This document shows positions 15,596 through 25,267 of a stretch of DNA of 47,612 nucleotides, piece by piece (within the stretch, counting starts at the first letter, position 1; the number at the start of each line of letters is the position of its first letter). The DNA comes from Eubacteriales bacterium (GTDB lineage: Bacteria; Bacillota; Clostridia; Oscillospirales; CAG-272), in contig JAZOMD010000062.1 in NCBI GenBank assembly GCA_045653745.1, positions 1-47,612 on the forward strand, in the 5' to 3' direction. A program made the translations under genes and the position numbers. The notes under the pieces are model-generated. The model saw nothing but the letters and a program-made list of their open reading frames with translations. It was not told the DNA's origin and searched no databases.

Positions 15596-17788
15596 ATGAA
15601 TAACACAGAAAAGAAAAAGGAGAAGAACTGGATTATAAAATCAGACGGTGCCACCGATGCTAACGTAGAAATATCATCTATTGCGGCTTCTCTTGGTATC
15701 AATCCGATCATAGCAGAGCTTCTTTACGTGCGAGGTTATAAGGACCCCGCTTCGGCAAAATCATTTATGTATATGGAGAGCGAAATGCTTTCCGACCCAT
15801 TTCTTTTTAAGGACATTGAGCGCGCCATAGAAAGAATACGTCTCGCTGTTTCGCGCGGTGAATCTATCGCCGTTTACGGAGACTACGACGTTGACGGCGT
15901 CACCGCCGTGTGCACACTGTATCTGTACCTTGAATCCATAGGTGCAAAGGTGTGCTACTACATTCCCAACAGGGCCGGCGAGGGCTACGGTGTTTCGCTT
16001 CAGGCGATAGATCAGCTCAAAAGCCGCGGAGTATCCTTGATAATCACCGTTGATACCGGAATTACGGCTATTGATGAGGTTGAGTATGCCCGTACACAGG
16101 GAATTGATTTCGTAATCACCGACCACCACGAGTGCCGCACCGATCTTCCGGGCGCCTCTGCCGTGGTGAACCCCCACCGCCCCGATTGCGGCTCTGCTTT
16201 CAAGGAGCTTGCCGGAGTAGGCGTCGTGTTTAAGCTCATCTCGGCTTACGAGGAGTTTGTCTTCGGTGTTTCCCGTGCTGAGGCAACCAAGAAAATGTTC
16301 AACGAATACGCCGACCTTGTGGCAATAGGTACGATAGCCGACGTTATGCCTATCAAGGGAGAAAACCGTTTGATAGTAAAATACGGTCTTTCCCGTATTG
16401 AAAACGATTCGCGCGTCGGACTTCTTGCGCTTATAAATGCTTCGAGCTCGCGCTCTGATTCGTCGCAGAAAAACAGTAGCCGTAAGAGAAAAATAACCTC
16501 GAGCTACGTTGGTTATACTCTTGCACCGCGAATTAACGCAGCAGGAAGAATAATGTCGGCAAGCCACGCCGTAGACCTCTTCCTTTCCAAGAAGCCCGAG
16601 GAAGCGCTAGAAATAGCCGAGTGTCTTTGCCGCGCGAATAAGGAGCGTCAGAATGAAGAAAACGCCATAATGCGCGAGGCGTATCAGAAGATAGACGAGT
16701 CGGATATAGAGAATAACCCTGTAATAGTTCTTGATGCGGATAACTGGCATCACGGCGTAATAGGAATAGTTTCCTCGCGAATTACCGAGAAATACTGCCG
16801 TCCCTCTATACTCGTTTCGTTTGAAGGTAACGTCTCGGGCTCGCCCTCTCCGGACGACGTAGGTAAGGGCTCTGGCAGAAGCGTCAAGGGTATGAATCTC
16901 GTGGACGCGCTTTGTTATTGCAAGGATCATCTTGTTAAGTTCGGAGGACACGAGCTTGCGGCAGGACTTTCCGTAACTCGTAGGGAGCTTGATAATTTCA
17001 GACGCCAGATAAACGAATATGCAAGAAATAACCTTTCAAATAAGGATATGACCCCCACGGTAGAGGCGGATACGGTAATAGACTTCGACTCTGTGAATCT
17101 TTCTCTTGCAAAGGGACTTCAGATGCTTGAGCCGTACGGCGTAGGAAATCCCGTGCCGGTCTTCGTTATGCGTTCGGTTACGGTAAACGAGATAGTATCC
17201 GTCGGTGACGGAAAGCATACCAAGCTCGTTTTGGGCAAGGGAAATCATACGCTCTCGGCTATGTATTTCTCCGCTGCACCTTCTTCTCTCGGTATATACG
17301 TCGGAGATAAGATAGACGTGCTTTTCAATATCGATATTAACGAGTGGGGCGGACGAGAGAGCGTCCAGCTTATCGTGCGCGATATCAAAATCACCGGTAG
17401 CGAGAAGGAAAGGAACGAAAGCGAGAGAACTCGCTTTGAGGAAATAAGAGGCGGAGCCCCCTTTTCTGCAGATGAGGACATTATGCCGAGCAGAGCCGAT
17501 TTTGCCGAGGTGTATAAGCTTATGCTCTCCTCGCTTCGCTCGGGAGTTGATACGCTTTCGCACAGAGACATAACCTCTCATTTCCGCACCAAGGAGGACG
17601 GTGCGGTCATAGGATACGCAAAGCTCAAGTTCATAATAATGGTATTGAAGGAGCTTAACATAGTTTCGATAACCGACGTTAAGGACGAGGTGTACAAGTT
17701 CAATATTCATTATACTACAAGCAAGACCGAGCTTGACAAATCCTCTATATTACGCAAGCTTCGTTCGCAGCTTGCAAGAAGCAGATAA
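15596..17788 (+). CDS. recJ: Single-stranded-DNA-specific exonuclease RecJ
   Basis: DHH family motifs: VYGDYDVDGVT, ITVDTGI, VITDHHE, APRINAAGR. Confidence 0.92.
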   Translation: MNNTEKKKEKNWIIKSDGATDANVEISSIAASLGINPIIAELLYVRGYKDPASAKSFMYMESEMLSDPFLFKDIERAIERIRLAVSRGESIAVYGDYDVDGVTAVCTLYLYLESIGAKVCYYIPNRAGEGYGVSLQAIDQLKSRGVSLIITVDTGITAIDEVEYARTQGIDFVITDHHECRTDLPGASAVVNPHRPDCGSAFKELAGVGVVFKLISAYEEFVFGVSRAEATKKMFNEYADLVAIGTIADVMPIKGENRLIVKYGLSRIENDSRVGLLALINASSSRSDSSQKNSSRKRKITSSYVGYTLAPRINAAGRIMSASHAVDLFLSKKPEEALEIAECLCRANKERQNEENAIMREAYQKIDESDIENNPVIVLDADNWHHGVIGIVSSRITEKYCRPSILVSFEGNVSGSPSPDDVGKGSGRSVKGMNLVDALCYCKDHLVKFGGHELAAGLSVTRRELDNFRRQINEYARNNLSNKDMTPTVEADTVIDFDSVNLSLAKGLQMLEPYGVGNPVPVFVMRSVTVNEIVSVGDGKHTKLVLGKGNHTLSAMYFSAAPSSLGIYVGDKIDVLFNIDINEWGGRESVQLIVRDIKITGSEKERNESERTRFEEIRGGAPFSADEDIMPSRADFAEVYKLMLSSLRSGVDTLSHRDITSHFRTKEDGAVIGYAKLKFIIMVLKELNIVSITDVKDEVYKFNIHYTTSKTELDKSSILRKLRSQLARSR

Positions 17789-17807
17789 ACGAAATTAGGT
17801 AGTTTTT

Positions 17808-20021
17808 ATGTATTCAGAAATGAAATCCTTGCTTGATTTTCTCGGGCAAAACGAAAAAAATTACGATATAGAAAAAATAACAGAGGCGTACGAATACGCC
17901 GACAGTCTTCACGCAGGACAGTTTCGTCTTAGCGGAGAGCCGTATATCAGCCACCCGGTGGCGGTTGCACGCATAGTTGCAGAGCTCGGACTTGATACCG
18001 ACTCTATTTGTGCCGCGCTCCTTCACGACACCGTCGAGGATTGTGCCGAAAAGACCAGCCTTGACGTGCTTGCAAAGATGTTCGGAAGCGACGTTGCCAT
18101 TCTCGTTGACGGTCTGACCAAGATTATTCAGGTTCAGGTTGCCGATAAAGAAGAGGCTCACATAGAGAATATAAGAAAGATGCTTCTTGCTATGAACAAG
18201 GACATCAGAGTTATATTCATAAAGCTTTGCGACCGCCTTCACAATATGCGTACTCCCGCGGCAAAAAAAGAGGATAGGCAGAGGGCAATAGCGCTCGAGA
18301 CTATGTATATCTATGCTCCTCTTGCTCACCGTCTCGGTATTCAGAGGATAAAGCAGGAGCTTGAGAATATAAGCCTTTATTACCTCGATAACGTGGGTTA
18401 TGAGGAAGTACACGACGCGATAGAGAGAAAGTACGGTCAGAACAGAGGATTCATCGAGGACGCAAAGCTCCTTCTTGAGGAAAAGCTTCGCGAAAACGGC
18501 ATTCAGTTCGAGCTCGAGGGAAGAATCAAGTCGGTTTACAGCCTTTACAGAAAGATGTATACCCTCAACAAATCTTTCGACGAGATATACGATTTCTATG
18601 CGCTTCGCATCATAGTCGAAACCGAACTTGAGTGCTATACTTCGCTTGGCCTCGTGCACGAGATGTTCAAGTCTATTCCCGGCAGATTCAAGGACTACAT
18701 TTCAACGCCGAAGCCCAACCTTTACAGATCTCTGCATACAACGGTTATAGGTAACTCGGGAATTCCTTTTGAGGTACACATAAGAACCCGTCAGGTGCAC
18801 GAGGAGGCGGAATACGGTATTGCAGCCCATTGGAAATACAAATCTGGCGAGAAGTCTCGCAGTAATATTGACGAAAAGCTTCGTTGGATAGCTCAGCTTC
18901 TCGAGTCGGACGAAAATACGCGTGATCCCGACGAGTTTATACATTCGTTCAAAACCGATATTTTCCACGACGAGACCTTCGTTTTCACACCTAAGGGCGA
19001 CGTAATCTCTCTCCCTCTCGGCTCTACGGTAATCGACTTCGCCTACGCTATACATTCGGCAGTCGGTAATAAGATGACCGGTGCCAAGATAAACGGTGTT
19101 ATAGTTCCCATAGACCGCAATCCAGCTAACGGTGATATTATAGAAATCATTACATCGGGTGCATCGAAGGGCCCGAGCCGAGATTGGCTTAAAATCGTAA
19201 AAACAGGTCAGGCTCGCAGCAAGATACGCCAATGGTTTAAGAAGGAGAAGCGCCCTGAAAATATCGTCGTAGGCCGTGCCGAGGTCGAGCGCGAAATCAG
19301 AAAATTTGTAAAAAATTACACCGACTCGGAGCTTGATTCGATTATTGAGCTCGTTGCAAAAAGAGTTGGTATAAATACCGCAGACGACTTTTACAATACG
19401 CTTGGATTTGGCGGTATTACGCTCCAGAGATTTTTGCCGAAAATAAAAGAGGAGCTTGAAAATCTTCATAGCGACGATCTGCCCGAGATCACTCCCGAGG
19501 AAGAGCTATCAAAGATTAAGCTTTCAAGCGTCGCCGGCAGACTTCGTAACACCGGTGGAATTATAATCGACGGTGAACGCGGCTGTCAGATTAAGTTTGC
19601 TAAGTGCTGCAATCCCTTGCCCGGTGACAGAATCGTAGGATTTATAACCAGAGGTTTCGGTGTTTCGGTTCACAAGGCTGATTGTCCTAATGTAATACAG
19701 TCTCGCCGAAACGAGGATAATCTCTCCCGGTGGGTAAAGGCTGAATGGGAAAAGACCGACGCTTCTCAGTCGGCGCAGACCTACGAGGCTACTATTCAGA
19801 TAATTGCCGAGGACGGCATAGGCGTTTTAGCGGGAATTTCTTCGGCTCTTGCCGATATGAAGGTTTCGATCTCTCAGATAAACACCCAACCTTCTAAGGG
19901 GGGCGATATGGTCATTAATATAGTTATTGCCTGCAAGAGTGTTTCGCACTACGATTCAATAGTATCTCGTCTTCGTTCCGTTCCTAAGGTTATAAGCGTA
20001 GGCAGAGCATTTTCTCATTGA
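17808..20021 (+). CDS. relA: Bifunctional (p)ppGpp synthetase/hydrolase (long RSH, Rel/RelA)
   Basis: HD hydrolase motif HDTVED. Synthetase block FKDYISTPKPNLYRSLHTTV ... EVHIRT. TGS and ACT-like C-terminal regions are present. Confidence 0.95.
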   Translation: MYSEMKSLLDFLGQNEKNYDIEKITEAYEYADSLHAGQFRLSGEPYISHPVAVARIVAELGLDTDSICAALLHDTVEDCAEKTSLDVLAKMFGSDVAILVDGLTKIIQVQVADKEEAHIENIRKMLLAMNKDIRVIFIKLCDRLHNMRTPAAKKEDRQRAIALETMYIYAPLAHRLGIQRIKQELENISLYYLDNVGYEEVHDAIERKYGQNRGFIEDAKLLLEEKLRENGIQFELEGRIKSVYSLYRKMYTLNKSFDEIYDFYALRIIVETELECYTSLGLVHEMFKSIPGRFKDYISTPKPNLYRSLHTTVIGNSGIPFEVHIRTRQVHEEAEYGIAAHWKYKSGEKSRSNIDEKLRWIAQLLESDENTRDPDEFIHSFKTDIFHDETFVFTPKGDVISLPLGSTVIDFAYAIHSAVGNKMTGAKINGVIVPIDRNPANGDIIEIITSGASKGPSRDWLKIVKTGQARSKIRQWFKKEKRPENIVVGRAEVEREIRKFVKNYTDSELDSIIELVAKRVGINTADDFYNTLGFGGITLQRFLPKIKEELENLHSDDLPEITPEEELSKIKLSSVAGRLRNTGGIIIDGERGCQIKFAKCCNPLPGDRIVGFITRGFGVSVHKADCPNVIQSRRNEDNLSRWVKAEWEKTDASQSAQTYEATIQIIAEDGIGVLAGISSALADMKVSISQINTQPSKGGDMVINIVIACKSVSHYDSIVSRLRSVPKVISVGRAFSH

Positions 20022-20034
20022 TTAGGAGACTTTT

Positions 20035-20496
20035 ATGAAAGCAGTTATACAAAGAGTAAACTCTGCCGCCGTCGTTGCAGACGGTGTTCCTGCGGGGAAA
20101 ATAGGGAAGGGACTCTACATTCTTCTCGGTGTTGCCAAGGGCGATGAAAAAAGAGATGCGGACGTGCTTGCGGAAAAAATATCAAAGCTCAGAATTTTCA
20201 GCGACCAGAACGGGAAGATGAATCTTTCCGTGAAGGACATCGCAGGGGAAGTGCTTACTGTTTCAAACTTTACCCTTAATGCAAATTACGTTCACGGAAA
20301 CAGGCCCGATTACTTCGCATCTGCCGATCCCGTAACGGCAAACGAGCTGTACGAATATTTCAAGTCGCGCATCGGCGAGCTTGTGGGCAGCTTGGAGTGC
20401 GGTGTATTCGGCGCGGATATGCTTACCGATATGGTTACCGACGGACCTGTTACTATTGTAATGGACTCCGAGCATCTTCTCAAGAACAAAGGATAA
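20035..20496 (+). CDS. dtd: D-aminoacyl-tRNA deacylase
   Basis: Starts MKAVIQRV, with SNFTL and a GPVT-containing C-terminus. 153 aa. Confidence 0.95.
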   Translation: MKAVIQRVNSAAVVADGVPAGKIGKGLYILLGVAKGDEKRDADVLAEKISKLRIFSDQNGKMNLSVKDIAGEVLTVSNFTLNANYVHGNRPDYFASADPVTANELYEYFKSRIGELVGSLECGVFGADMLTDMVTDGPVTIVMDSEHLLKNKG

Positions 20497-20509
20497 AGGA
20501 CGGCGTTAA

Positions 20510-22045
20510 ATGGTTTTAAAAATTAACGGGGATATCAACAGATATTACGTACAAACGCTTTGTATGGTTTTCTTTCCGGGCTCTACCTTTGGAGAGGACG
20601 AGCAGCCGCGCCCCGACGTGCCGGAGGTTACCGTTGACGTCTCAAGGGACGCTAGCGGCGAGAACGTTTCAGCATACGTTTGTATGAAGCTTAACGATAA
20701 GGTCTCGGAAGCAACCGAAACGGTCTCGACTGCCGACCCTACCGATATAGCTACTCACGAGTCTATTGCGGTGGGAAAAGCTATTTTCGCGGCAGGCAAG
20801 GAGCTACTCGGCCATACCCCACCGTGGGGAATTCTTATTGGCGTGCGCCCTGCGAAGGTTGCCGCAGAGCTTTTGCGCGGCGGCAGAGGTGTATTGAAAA
20901 CCAAGAGAGTTCTGCGCGACGAATATTTCCTCAATCCGCAGAAGGCAGCCCTTGCGGTTTCCGTAGCGAATACGGAGACGAAGCTTACGAAAAAGCTTCC
21001 GAAAAACACCTGCTCAATATACGTATCTATTCCTTTTTGTCCCTCTCGCTGCGCATATTGCAGCTTCGTTTCGTATACGACGAAAAGGCTCCTTTCTATG
21101 ATAGACGAGTATCTTGATGCGCTGCTTCCGGATATAGACGAGACTTTTAAGACTGTAAAGGCTCTCGGTTTTACCGTTTCCACCGTTTATATAGGCGGCG
21201 GAACGCCTACCACGCTTACCGAAGGACAGCTTTCTCGTCTTTTTGCTAAGATAAAGGAGCACGTCGATACCGATACGCTTCTCGAATTCACTCTTGAAGC
21301 CGGAAGACCCGATACCATAACGAAGGAAAAGCTTGAGGTCGCAAAGAAGAACGGAGTAACCCGTATCAGCGTTAATCCGCAGACTCTCTCGGATGAAATA
21401 CTTGAAAATATAGGAAGACGTCACTCGGTTAAGCAGTTCTTTGATGCTTATAAAATAGCTAAGGAAAGCGGTATCAGGGATATAAACGTTGACCTGATAG
21501 CCGGACTTCCGGGAGACGATTTTAAAAACTTTTCAGAGACGCTTGAGAGAATTCTCGAGCTTGCTCCCACCAATATCACAGTACATACCTTTTCCGTAAA
21601 GAAAGCCTCTGACGTTCTGAAAAGGAACACTAGCGTTTATTCTTTGAGCGGAGGCGATGCGGCAAAGAGCGTTTCCTATTCGCAGATTAAAACGAAATTT
21701 GCAGGTTACAGACCGTATTATATGTACCGACAGAAGAATACGGTTGGCAATCTTGAAAACGTCGGCTTTTCCGTAGAGGGGCACGAGGGACTTTACAACG
21801 TATATATGATGGAGGAAATACAGACGATTTTCGGCGTTGGAGCAGGTGCTGTAACGAAGCTCGTTGATTCGGACAAGCCCTTTTCCGAAAACAGAAGAAT
21901 AAAAAGAATATTCAAGCCGAAATATCCGTATGAATACCTCAGAGCTGAGTTTGCCGAAACTCCCGAGGAATATGCGGCGCGTAAGGCTCTCGAGAGAGAC
22001 GAAATTGTTTCTTTTTTTGAAAAAAACTCCGATAAATCTACCTAA
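20510..22045 (+). CDS. hemZ: HemN-like radical SAM protein (HemZ-type coproporphyrinogen dehydrogenase family)
   Basis: CxxxCxxC motif FCPSRCAYCSF. The long N-terminal extension is typical of HemZ. The recJ-relA-dtd-hemZ synteny is common in Firmicutes. Confidence 0.8.
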   Translation: MVLKINGDINRYYVQTLCMVFFPGSTFGEDEQPRPDVPEVTVDVSRDASGENVSAYVCMKLNDKVSEATETVSTADPTDIATHESIAVGKAIFAAGKELLGHTPPWGILIGVRPAKVAAELLRGGRGVLKTKRVLRDEYFLNPQKAALAVSVANTETKLTKKLPKNTCSIYVSIPFCPSRCAYCSFVSYTTKRLLSMIDEYLDALLPDIDETFKTVKALGFTVSTVYIGGGTPTTLTEGQLSRLFAKIKEHVDTDTLLEFTLEAGRPDTITKEKLEVAKKNGVTRISVNPQTLSDEILENIGRRHSVKQFFDAYKIAKESGIRDINVDLIAGLPGDDFKNFSETLERILELAPTNITVHTFSVKKASDVLKRNTSVYSLSGGDAAKSVSYSQIKTKFAGYRPYYMYRQKNTVGNLENVGFSVEGHEGLYNVYMMEEIQTIFGVGAGAVTKLVDSDKPFSENRRIKRIFKPKYPYEYLRAEFAETPEEYAARKALERDEIVSFFEKNSDKST

Positions 22046-22060
22046 ATATAATAAGACACG

Positions 22061-22099
22061 GGATTTACTAATATATTTTAGTAAATCCTTTTTCTTTTT
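22061..22099 (+). terminator. Rho-independent terminator after hemZ
   Basis: Perfect 11-bp stem ggatttactaa/ttagtaaatcc with a 6-nt loop, followed by tttttcttttt. Confidence 0.8.
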
Positions 22100-22111
22100 C
22101 GGAGGCTGAAT

Positions 22112-23698
22112 ATGAAAAATAAAGAAGTCACAAGAGCCGGCGCGCAAAACGGAGCTCTCGTCCTGACGGTTTCCACGCTTATTGTCAAGCTGCTCGGGGT
22201 GATATACAAGGTTCCTCTTATACAGCTGATAGGTGAGGAAGGAATGGGCTATTTTAATTCAGCCTATACCGTATATACCTTCTTTTATCTTCTTTGCACC
22301 GCAGGTGTGCCAAAAGCCGTGATGATAGTGACATCAGAAGCAAGAGGCGAGGGGCGATATGATTTGGAGCGGAAAATAGTCAAGACGGCATCGCTTGCTT
22401 TCTTATTGCTCGGCGGAGCGCTAAGCGCCGCTTTTGCAATATTTTCGGCGCCTCTTGCAAATGCGATAGGGAACAGTAAGTCGGCCTTTGCTATGCTTGC
22501 GGTTGCTCCTTCAATCGTTTTCATAGCACTTGCAGGAGTAATAAGAGGCGCTTTAAGCGCCAGAATGAAATTCGGTGTTATTGCAGTATCGCAGGTCGTT
22601 GAGGCGTCTGCAAGACTCGCGTTCGGTCTTGTATTTGCTATCCTCGCCTTGCGGTGGGATATGCCGCTTTTCGCAGCCTCGGCGTTTACGATTCTTGGCG
22701 CGACGCTCGGAGCATTTTTGGGTTTGATGTGTCTTGTTGTGGGAGACAAAAACGAAAAAACGCGCAATAATTCGGAGCAGAATATAGTATCCGGTGGATC
22801 TCGAAACGTGCTTAAGAGAGTTTTTCGTATATCCTTGCCCATAACGCTGGGTGCCGCCGTTATGAGTGTTACCGGCATTATAGACCTCGGGCAAATTATG
22901 CGAGCGCTTGCATCAATAGGATATAGCGAAGCGAGTGCGTCGGCGCTGTATGGCAATTATACAACGCTCGCCGTGCCGATATTTAATCTTGCCGTTTCTG
23001 TTATCACGCCTATTTCGATTGCATATTTGCCTGTGTTTACACGTGCGAGGAGTAGAAAAGATGACGTGCTCCTAAAAAGCTCGGTTGAGGAATCGCTATC
23101 GTTATCGGCTTTTTTGTGTGCGCCTATTACCGTGGGAGTGTGCTGTTATTCCAAGGAGATACTGTATTTGCTTTTCGGAAACAAAGGCTTGGACGTCGGT
23201 GCACCTCTGCTCGTGATGCTTATTCCTGCCGTTTGCTTCGCATCGGTGCTTCTTGTGGTGAATACTCTTCTTGAATCGCTTGGATACGTAAGAATTCCCG
23301 TTGTAGGTATGCTTTTAGGGGGCTGTGCCAAGCTTATTCTCGGTGGGCTTCTTCTTAAAAATCCAAATCTCGGGATAAGCGGCGCTCCGCTGGGTACGGT
23401 GATTTCCTATGCGGTTTCGCTTATGGTCTCGCTTTGGTATGCCGAAAGAAAATGCGCCGTTTCCATTCCGTTTATAAAAACCGCTATACCTTATTACTGT
23501 CTTGCGGTTGTATCAATTCTGCCTACTGCTTGGATAAACGGGCGTTTATCGGTACTGTGCGGCGCTCGCGCAGCATTTCTTCTCGTGTGTCTTTTATCTG
23601 CGACAGTTTACCTTGCTTGTACGCATTTTCTTTGCAGTCCCGTTGTTCATCGGAATGAAAATCGGTCAAAATGTACAAAATATAGAGAAGCAATATAG
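22112..23698 (+). CDS. MOP-superfamily flippase (polysaccharide biosynthesis protein, SpoVB/YabM-like)
   Basis: 528 aa with about 14 TM segments. The N-terminus KLLGVIYKVPLIQLIGEEGMGYFNSAY is typical of SpoVB/MurJ-like proteins. Its position upstream of yabO-yabP-yabQ mirrors Bacillus yabM. SD GGAGG is present. Confidence 0.8.
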   Translation: MKNKEVTRAGAQNGALVLTVSTLIVKLLGVIYKVPLIQLIGEEGMGYFNSAYTVYTFFYLLCTAGVPKAVMIVTSEARGEGRYDLERKIVKTASLAFLLLGGALSAAFAIFSAPLANAIGNSKSAFAMLAVAPSIVFIALAGVIRGALSARMKFGVIAVSQVVEASARLAFGLVFAILALRWDMPLFAASAFTILGATLGAFLGLMCLVVGDKNEKTRNNSEQNIVSGGSRNVLKRVFRISLPITLGAAVMSVTGIIDLGQIMRALASIGYSEASASALYGNYTTLAVPIFNLAVSVITPISIAYLPVFTRARSRKDDVLLKSSVEESLSLSAFLCAPITVGVCCYSKEILYLLFGNKGLDVGAPLLVMLIPAVCFASVLLVVNTLLESLGYVRIPVVGMLLGGCAKLILGGLLLKNPNLGISGAPLGTVISYAVSLMVSLWYAERKCAVSIPFIKTAIPYYCLAVVSILPTAWINGRLSVLCGARAAFLLVCLLSATVYLACTHFLCSPVVHRNENRSKCTKYREAI

Positions 23699-23749
23699 AA
23701 AAATAGACGAAAAAAAGGGAAAATATTTGAAAAAACACGCATAAAACGC

Positions 23750-23778
23750 TTGCTTTTTTTCTGGCAAGTTGCTATAAT
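23750..23778 (+). promoter_or_regulatory. Sigma-A promoter of the HU gene
   Basis: TTGCTT-17 nt-TATAAT, about 30 nt upstream of SD GAAAGGA and ATG 23810. Confidence 0.65.
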
Positions 23779-23809
23779 GGACATATATTTTTTTGAAAGG
23801 ATGTTTACT

Positions 23810-24085
23810 ATGAACAAGACCGATCTTATTAACGTTGTTGCTGACGAGACTAAGCTTGCAAAGAAGGACGTAGAGGCTACCATTAACGCTACTGTGGCTG
23901 CTATTTCCGCTGCTCTTAAGGAAGGCGATAAGGTTCAGCTTATTGGCTTTGGTACTTTTGAGGTTAAGGAGGTTGCTGAAAGAGAAGGACGCAACCCTGC
24001 AACCGGCGAGGCAATCACCATCAAAGCATCTAAGAAGCCTGCATTCTCTGCATCCAAGGCACTTAAGGATACTATTAACGGTTAA
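23810..24085 (+). CDS. hup: Nucleoid protein HU
   Basis: 91 aa: [11 protein letters not shown]...[42 protein letters not shown]. This is the classic HU beta-arm sequence. The track ORF 23750 is a TTG extension. Confidence 0.95.
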   Translation: MNKTDLINVVADETKLAKKDVEATINATVAAISAALKEGDKVQLIGFGTFEVKEVAEREGRNPATGEAITIKASKKPAFSASKALKDTING

Positions 24086-24088
24086 TTT

Positions 24089-24343
24089 ATGCGCTTAGAC
24101 AAATATCTCAAGGTCTCGCGTCTCATAAAGCGCAGGACCGTCGCTAACGATGCGTGCGATGCTGAGCGTATTTCTGTAAACGGAAAACGCGCAAAGGCTT
24201 CGTATGACGTTAAGCTGGGAGACGAAATAACCGTTGTCTTCGGACAGAAATCGGTTACTGTAAGGGTTCTCGATATCAGAGAGACCACTAAAAAAAGTGA
24301 ATCGGTCGGAATGTACGAGGTTATATCCGAGTCCGAAGCATAA
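24089..24343 (+). CDS. yabO: S4-domain RNA-binding protein (YabO/Hsp15-like)
   Basis: 84 aa: MRLDKYLKVSRLIKRRTVANDACDAERISVNGKRAK. S4 fold. Its position is immediately before yabP. Confidence 0.85.
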   Translation: MRLDKYLKVSRLIKRRTVANDACDAERISVNGKRAKASYDVKLGDEITVVFGQKSVTVRVLDIRETTKKSESVGMYEVISESEA

Positions 24344-24352
24344 CCCACAAAG

Positions 24353-24391
24353 ACACTGCATATTTTCTAATGAGAATATGCGGTGTTTTTT
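24353..24391 (+). terminator. Rho-independent terminator after yabO
   Basis: acactgcatatt...aatatgcggtgt stem (one G-T pair) followed by tttttt. Confidence 0.7.
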
Positions 24392-24416
24392 ATTTTTATA
24401 TGAAACGGAGATACTT

Positions 24417-24686
24417 ATGGAAGATATGGGAGTGCTGAGCGGTATACTGACGGTGAAAAACAGAGAGAGCCTTACGCTAGACGGCGTGAGTAACGTCGAC
24501 TCCTTTGACGAGGGGTGCGTTACCCTCTCTACGGCATCGGGGCGAGTTATAATAGAGGGGACGGACTTGAAGATAGTAAGCCTTATACGGGAAAGCGGAG
24601 AAATTCTGATTACAGGAAAGATAAGCGGTGTTTTTTATAGCGATGAAAAGCCGGTGCGCGGAATACTCTCGAGGCTTTTTAAATGA
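24417..24686 (+). CDS. yabP: Sporulation protein YabP
   Basis: 89 aa starting MEDMGVLSGILTVKNRESLTLDGVSNVDSFDEGCVTLST...LKIVSL, which is the YabP family pattern. The start is at an internal ATG of track ORF 24297, with SD ACGGAG. Confidence 0.8.
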   Translation: MEDMGVLSGILTVKNRESLTLDGVSNVDSFDEGCVTLSTASGRVIIEGTDLKIVSLIRESGEILITGKISGVFYSDEKPVRGILSRLFK

Positions 24687-25216
24687 GTGTTTTCTCTGCG
24701 TATAGCGTTTTTTCTTCGATTGTTTTTTCACTTCTTTACGGCGCTTTTTGTGCGACGCTTTCATTGGCGTGTGCGCTGATTTGGCACTTAATTCGCTCAT
24801 TTAGAAGGATAGCCTCTACGTGGGCATTCTATAATAATGGTATATTTTCTCGTCCTCGGGAGATATTTATAGAGGAGAGAAAAATCAAGAAAGTCAGAGT
24901 GCTTGCGGAGGTCGGTGCGTTTTTCAAGGTCCTGCTGTTTACGATTGGATTTATACTCCTCTCTTACATCTCGCTCGACGGCGAGATTCGTATATACACG
25001 CTTGCGGTGTCACTTTCTTCATATCTTCTGCTTCGGCGTTTTTTTCTTTCAACGCTTCTTTCTTTTGTACTCGTCGGACTCGAAACTTTGGTGTCGTATC
25101 TTTCCGTAATTTTGAGAATTTTCCTTTATATTCCCGTAAGAACTGTCAAAAGTGTAAAAAAATTAATATTTAGAAGAAAATATATTCCATACGACAGTAT
25201 TTGCCTTGACAAATGA
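24683..25216 (+). CDS. yabQ: Spore cortex biosynthesis membrane protein YabQ-like
   Basis: 177-aa multi-TM protein. There is an ATGA overlap with yabP. The assignment rests mainly on the conserved yabP-yabQ synteny. Confidence 0.55.
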   Translation: MSVFSAYSVFSSIVFSLLYGAFCATLSLACALIWHLIRSFRRIASTWAFYNNGIFSRPREIFIEERKIKKVRVLAEVGAFFKVLLFTIGFILLSYISLDGEIRIYTLAVSLSSYLLLRRFFLSTLLSFVLVGLETLVSYLSVILRIFLYIPVRTVKSVKKLIFRRKYIPYDSICLDK

Positions 25217-25234
25217 GGGATAAAATGATAAAAT
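25206..25234 (+). promoter_or_regulatory. Candidate sigma-A promoter of the glycogen operon (inside the 3' end of yabQ)
   Basis: TTGACA-17 nt-TAAAAT with an extended -10 TG (tgaTAAAAT). SD AAAGGAG precedes the glgB ATG 25268. Confidence 0.5.
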
Positions 25235-25267
25235 ATATACGTAAATATTTGAAAGGAGCACTCGTAA

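Noticed and set aside
16439-16504. Ser/Arg/Lys-rich insert (SSSRSDSSQKNSSRKRKITSS) in RecJ just before the PRINAAGR motif, considered as a possible inserted element.
   Set aside because: It is in frame with no flanking repeats. It sits in a loop region that varies in length among RecJ proteins, so it is most simply a lineage-specific linker.
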